DNA of 64,000 bases. Source: a virus (lineage: Duplodnaviria > Caudoviricetes). Below are positions 59,356-64,000 of the stretch, piece after piece. The stretch lies in IMG/VR virus record IMGVR_UViG_3300020577_014021; one strand, given 5' to 3'. The first letter of the stretch is position 1. Every line of letters starts with the position of its first letter. The position numbers were made by a program, and so were the translations under genes. Below the pieces are notes generated by a model that saw nothing but the letters and a program-made list of their open reading frames with translations, did not search any database and had not been told where the DNA came from.

Positions 59356-59967
59356 ATGAAAAAAATAATATTTATTTTAAATTTAATTTTGGTATTTCAG
59401 CTTTTTGCTGAGGAAAAAGAAGAAGATTATTCAAAATATCTAGAATTTATAAAATCAGATTTTGATTGGGAAGGAGTTAACAGATTTTCAGATATATTTG
59501 AATACGAATTCAATAAATGTAATAGAATGCTGCGAATTACTTATCTCGTTAAGTATCGTTTTGACGTAAAAGATGAACAAGCTTTAGTAAATAAACTTCA
59601 AGAATTTCATCAGAAAACAACTAAACAAATGGCAATTGATCATTATAAAAATTCTCCTTCCGGAGAATTAGTAGGGCAATGTTTAGTTGATAATGAAAAA
59701 TTCTTTCTACATAAAATTAGCGGAAATACAGCTGTTAAATGGAAAATTTTTCAGTGGATTGCATATCATTCGACTGATCCTGCCAATTTTACAATATTTC
59801 AATCTAGTGTCCAATTTCCTTGGGGAAAACAAAAATTAGAAATTAATCAGATGAGAAACTACGCAGAAAGAGGCGAACAAGCCAAAATCATCTGTAAAAA
59901 AACAAGTAGGGCTCTTGATTTAGAAGATATTATTCAAATTTGTCGCCGACAACTTAATGCAAATTAA
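59356..59967 (+). CDS. Secreted protein (element A core)
   Basis: GGAGG RBS; MKKIIFILNLILVFQLFAEEKE; four Cys positionally conserved with 54970-55578. Confidence 0.7.
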   Translation: MKKIIFILNLILVFQLFAEEKEEDYSKYLEFIKSDFDWEGVNRFSDIFEYEFNKCNRMLRITYLVKYRFDVKDEQALVNKLQEFHQKTTKQMAIDHYKNSPSGELVGQCLVDNEKFFLHKISGNTAVKWKIFQWIAYHSTDPANFTIFQSSVQFPWGKQKLEINQMRNYAERGEQAKIICKKTSRALDLEDIIQICRRQLNAN

Positions 59968-59995
59968 TAGATGGAAGAGGGATATTTAAACATTC

Positions 59996-62644
59996 CTATG
60001 AAGACAGAGTGCTTAAATCGCTGACCTTAGAGACTTGTTTATATATAATATCTTTAAAATTCTTAAAATGTTCTTTGCCACATTTGATTTTCATTTTTTC
60101 ACTACTTCTTAACTCTTGATCTTCTCCTTTGGTCTCAGCGACAAAGTATATTTTCCTTTCTCCTTTAAATACTAATGCCCAATCAGGATTATAATTACCT
60201 ATAGGCGTTTCAATTTTAAACCAAAAAGGAAGCTTAAAATAAAATTCAATATTCTCACTGCTTTCACAGTCTTTGGCAAAATTGCTTTCTACTCTTGAAT
60301 CAAGAGGAATGTAATTTTCATAAATGGTTTTTTCCGGCGCATTTATAGTATGCGTAAATTGATCAAGGTATATTTCTAATTCGTTATCCTCAAACAGTTT
60401 CATCTCATATATTTTGTCGCCAATTTTTTCATATTTAATGCCATCAATCATCAATTCGTATAATACTGATTTAATGGCACCCGCAGCATTATCCAAAAAC
60501 AATTGTGGATTCAAAAGCAATTCATTTATTCTGCCTGACTTTTTTAATATTTTTAAAATCGTACTTCTCGTCAATTCCGTTTTATTTTGAATGTACGAAA
60601 GGACATCTGGTACTTCAAACTTAAAATTATAATTGTCATTCCCATTGTTGCTTATTAATTGTCCGTCAATACCTTCATCGGTTATTAACATTTTTTTCTT
60701 TGTTGATTTGATAACGGGCTTTGTTGTCTCTGGCATTTCTCTTAATGACTTAGCCGCAGAAGCAATAAGCTCATCTGTTTTATATTCTACACTATATTGA
60801 GTGTGAAATTTTATCTTGTTCCAAATTTCAAGAAATTTAGGATCAGCTTCAAACCCTTTTCGTAAGTTAACTTTTTTTCTTTTATCTTTGTCTTTTATTC
60901 TGCCTGAAAATTGCACACCGCAATCCTGTTCAATTTCCTGTTGCAGTGTCTTAGCAAAATCTTCATATCGTTCATTGGCAATTACAGTTAGTTTATTTAT
61001 ATTCCGGTCAAAGATTCGCTGACCTGACTGATTTACAGCTAATCGCAAACCTCGGCCAATTTCTTGTCTTTTTTTAATTTCAGATTTGGTTTCATTTAAA
61101 GTACATATTTGGAACACATTGGGATTGTCCCAACCTTCACGCAGGGCTGAATGGCTGAATATGAAACGCAATGGTGTATTTAGATCAAGTAACTTTTCTT
61201 TTTCTTGCATGATAAGTTTATATGTATCATCATCCAATAGCGTTTCACCCCCTGTATCCTTTACTCTACCTTTGTTGTCTTGCGAGAAATAGCCGTTATG
61301 CACTTCTTCTTTGGTGTGAGGATTTAAGCCGCTAAATATGGGCTTTTCTAATTCCTGTTTGTAGATTTCTTCAAACCATTGCGCAAATTTCCCTTTTGTA
61401 GAATTACCATTTGCATCGTATTCTCTGTAATTTTTTACTTTGTCGATAAAAAACAAGGAAAGCACTTTAATGCCTTTTTCTTTATATGCTTTCTCTTTTT
61501 TAAGATGCTCTTCTACAGTTTTACGAATCATGAATTTCATTAATTCATCATTCATTCCGCCTTGTGATTCACCGACCTTAAGGACAATGCCATTAGATAG
61601 TTCTATTTGTTCATTTCCAAAATCAATTTCATATACTTTCAAACCGTCATATTTCGGATGTTGCTCAGATAAAATAAACAAATCTAGATTTTTTTTGTTT
61701 ACCTGTACTGACTTTCGCTTAACTCCCTCTGGTGTATTTACATCAATCTTTATCTTGGCTTTAATGTTGTTTCCAGTTCTGGTTATTGCTTCTAGTTCAA
61801 TAAAAGAAGAATTGAGATTGTTTTCACTGACTACAGAGTCAACTTCTATTTGTTTTACCAATCCTAAATCATAGGCACTAACAGGATTTAATGAATACAT
61901 TAAGTTGTATAGGTTGGTATGGGTTGCAGAATAACGCAAAGTACAAAGCGGATTTAGGTTTTGAATCGCCTTTTTTCGGATATCGGTTTCCATGTTTTGC
62001 GGTTCATCCACAATTACAATAGGATTACAGCTTTGAATAAATTCAATCGGTTTTTTACCTGTTAATTTATCATTTGCCTTGTTGATAACATTTTCATCTT
62101 TAGCAAAAGCATCAATATTGATTACTAAGATTTGTATTGCATTGCTGCCAGAAAATCCCCTAATACTGGAAATTTTTTTACTGTCATATATTTCAAAATT
62201 AATGGCCGTTTTGTCATATAAAGATTGAAAATGCTCGTGCGTAATTTGTAGATTTTTCAATACGCCTTCTCTAATAGCTACAGATGGAACTACGATGACA
62301 AACTTCTTAAATCCATAAAGTTTTTGCAACTCATAAATTGTTCTAAGATATACGTAGGTTTTGCCTGTGCCGGTTTCCATTTCCACCGAAAAATTCATGC
62401 CATGAAATTCATTGTTATCTGTTTTTATTTTATTGTGTTGTTGAATTATTTGTATGTTTGCCCAAATCTGTTCTTCGGACAAAGCAAGCTTATTTCCCAA
62501 ACCATTTTCAGAAAGAAGAGATCCGTATGAAGTCATTGAAAATTCAAAATCACCGCCTTTTAAAGGCTGTCCTTCAAATATATCAGTGATAGATTTTATC
62601 GCTTCTATCTGGTAATCTTGGTTGCTGTCGAAGTGTAGTTTCAT
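59996..62644 (-). CDS. res: Type III restriction endonuclease Res subunit
   Basis: 'EMETGTGKTYVY', 'IVDEPQ', 'LREGWDNPNVFQICTL', 'QEIGRGLRL', 'YNPDWA...AETKG'. Confidence 0.95.
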   Translation of the reverse strand: MKLHFDSNQDYQIEAIKSITDIFEGQPLKGGDFEFSMTSYGSLLSENGLGNKLALSEEQIWANIQIIQQHNKIKTDNNEFHGMNFSVEMETGTGKTYVYLRTIYELQKLYGFKKFVIVVPSVAIREGVLKNLQITHEHFQSLYDKTAINFEIYDSKKISSIRGFSGSNAIQILVINIDAFAKDENVINKANDKLTGKKPIEFIQSCNPIVIVDEPQNMETDIRKKAIQNLNPLCTLRYSATHTNLYNLMYSLNPVSAYDLGLVKQIEVDSVVSENNLNSSFIELEAITRTGNNIKAKIKIDVNTPEGVKRKSVQVNKKNLDLFILSEQHPKYDGLKVYEIDFGNEQIELSNGIVLKVGESQGGMNDELMKFMIRKTVEEHLKKEKAYKEKGIKVLSLFFIDKVKNYREYDANGNSTKGKFAQWFEEIYKQELEKPIFSGLNPHTKEEVHNGYFSQDNKGRVKDTGGETLLDDDTYKLIMQEKEKLLDLNTPLRFIFSHSALREGWDNPNVFQICTLNETKSEIKKRQEIGRGLRLAVNQSGQRIFDRNINKLTVIANERYEDFAKTLQQEIEQDCGVQFSGRIKDKDKRKKVNLRKGFEADPKFLEIWNKIKFHTQYSVEYKTDELIASAAKSLREMPETTKPVIKSTKKKMLITDEGIDGQLISNNGNDNYNFKFEVPDVLSYIQNKTELTRSTILKILKKSGRINELLLNPQLFLDNAAGAIKSVLYELMIDGIKYEKIGDKIYEMKLFEDNELEIYLDQFTHTINAPEKTIYENYIPLDSRVESNFAKDCESSENIEFYFKLPFWFKIETPIGNYNPDWALVFKGERKIYFVAETKGEDQELRSSEKMKIKCGKEHFKNFKDIIYKQVSKVSDLSTLSS

Positions 62645-64000
62645 TTATATTGTTTTAAAATCAATTTCTGCACGTTTCATCTGTAATACTATATTTGTTT
62701 TAAGCTGATCATCACCCGCAAAAAGGTTGTCTAGAATTATTACTTTCCGAGGTTTGGATTCAATAATTTCATTGATAATAGACTGACTTATTTTTTCTAA
62801 ACTAATTATCAGTTCATTATTAACAGAATAAAAATGGTTTTTCTTCTCTACTTTATCTGTCAGTTGATAACCAGCCTTAATCATTAGTTCATAAAGAATG
62901 TTTTTTTCTTGAGCCCCTTTATTCAATGGGTTTGGAAAAGCATCTAATTGTTGCAATAAGTTTTCCTCACTAATTTCATTGCTTTTCCAAATTTTAAAAT
63001 TTGATGAAGAAAGCTTGAATACTTTGAATCCTAAATCAAGGTTATCATTGTTAAATAAATTAGGATTTTCGCCTTTTTCTTTTTTTATCTTATTAATTAC
63101 TTTTCTGATACGATCTTTGCCAATTTCTGCAATCGTTGTGTATCCTGCTTTGAGCGCCTCGCTGCTTTCATCACAAATTTCAGGAAGTTGTACTAAAATG
63201 AATTTTATTTTTTTTGACCCTGTTATTACACCTTGATTATTTAGTTCTAAAACTGCCTGACCTAAAGTTCCTGAACCACTAAAAAAGTCGAGAGCGATAA
63301 ATTCGTCTCCATCGTTCATTGAAAGAAGGTATTTTATAAGAGGGAGAGGTTTAGGATAATCAAAATGTATGTTTTCTTTTTTAAGATTTGCACTTGTAGT
63401 TTGTGTATTCCCAAGGTTAGTTATGACAGAAACAACATGACTTTGGTTTTCTTTTCTCTTTTTAATTATCTCTAAAGAACCTATTTTAGATAAAAGGAAA
63501 GTTGTTTCTTGTCCTTTGCCGTCAAGGATAGGTTTGAAATTATTATTTATAAATTCAAGAGCTAAATCTTTAGAACTCCATCCACTTTCTATAACAGTTT
63601 CGTTAACCAGTTTGAAGTTCTCTACTAAAGCATTATTCAAATAATGAGGCCAAACATTGTCTCGTTTATCAATTATTCCTTTTTCAAAATCAGTAGGAAA
63701 TCCAATTGGTAAAACAATTTCACTAACAGGATTCGCCGGACCATTTTTGACGACTGTATTTTTAATTTGTTCATTGTGTAGTTTACTGTTTGAATTTATA
63801 TTCGGATCTATAACCGGGGGATGAGGAAATAAGTCCAAATTTTTACAATAGGCAAATATATATTCATGACAATTTTTAATTTTTGCTTGATTGTCAAAAT
63901 TTCCATCTGTGCGCCAAATAAAATTAGCTAAAAAATTCTCCTCTCCAAAAATTTCATTCATTATTAACCGGAGGTTATGAACTTCATTGTCATCTATATG
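62645..64000 (-). CDS. mod: Type III R-M methyltransferase Mod (5' end beyond window)
   Basis: 'IDDNEVHNLR..MNEIFGEENF', 'FDYPKP', 'LDFFSGSGT', 'DLGFKVFKL'. Confidence 0.92.
   Translation of the reverse strand, partial: HIDDNEVHNLRLIMNEIFGEENFLANFIWRTDGNFDNQAKIKNCHEYIFAYCKNLDLFPHPPVIDPNINSNSKLHNEQIKNTVVKNGPANPVSEIVLPIGFPTDFEKGIIDKRDNVWPHYLNNALVENFKLVNETVIESGWSSKDLALEFINNNFKPILDGKGQETTFLLSKIGSLEIIKKRKENQSHVVSVITNLGNTQTTSANLKKENIHFDYPKPLPLIKYLLSMNDGDEFIALDFFSGSGTLGQAVLELNNQGVITGSKKIKFILVQLPEICDESSEALKAGYTTIAEIGKDRIRKVINKIKKEKGENPNLFNNDNLDLGFKVFKLSSSNFKIWKSNEISEENLLQQLDAFPNPLNKGAQEKNILYELMIKAGYQLTDKVEKKNHFYSVNNELIISLEKISQSIINEIIESKPRKVIILDNLFAGDDQLKTNIVLQMKRAEIDFKTI

Larger units (their letters stand above)
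52668..64000 (+). mobile_element. Element A: disrupted IS1-family cargo element (left end lost; right end not seen)
   Basis: Same gene set and order as intact element B; transposase split by B; extension over the R-M genes is inferred only. Confidence 0.5.

Noticed and set aside
1-64000. Stop-codon reassignment, CRISPR array or diversity-generating retroelement
   Set aside because: Genes are long and tightly packed in the standard code; no repeat-spacer array, reverse transcriptase or template/variable repeat pair was seen

Overview
AT-rich window in three parts. (1) About 1-44300 is the morphogenesis cluster of a large contractile-tailed phage, almost all on the - strand. It carries head-tail/neck proteins, tail sheath, two tube-like proteins, holin, chaperones, tape measure, hub, spike, very large baseplate wedge proteins and at least six fibre or receptor-binding candidates (Gly-rich, LVIVD, three Kelch-like). 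A few + strand insertions interrupt it: a glycosyltransferase plus coiled-coil pair, a metallophosphoesterase and an HNH nuclease. A recurring upstream motif ACTTAATCTT is a candidate late promoter. (2) About 44300-52660 holds phage accessory genes: dTMP kinase, dUTPase, DenV-like protein, sigma factor, Panacea antitoxin, HU, a RyR-domain protein, a truncated PNK phosphatase, and an orphan homolog of the myxobacterial kin-recognition receptor TraA. (3) About 52660-64000 holds two related cargo-carrying IS1-family elements. One (54030-58561, 16-bp perfect terminal inverted repeats, 8-bp target duplication) is nested in inverse orientation inside the transposase of the other, and a type III R-M system follows, running off the window. 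Both elements share a five-gene core, a micropeptide and a promoter-driven structured RNA. One of these RNAs (hairpin plus tRNA-Ala-like domain) has a covarying homolog 38 kb away in the tail cluster. All family assignments are from motif recognition by eye; no database search was run.
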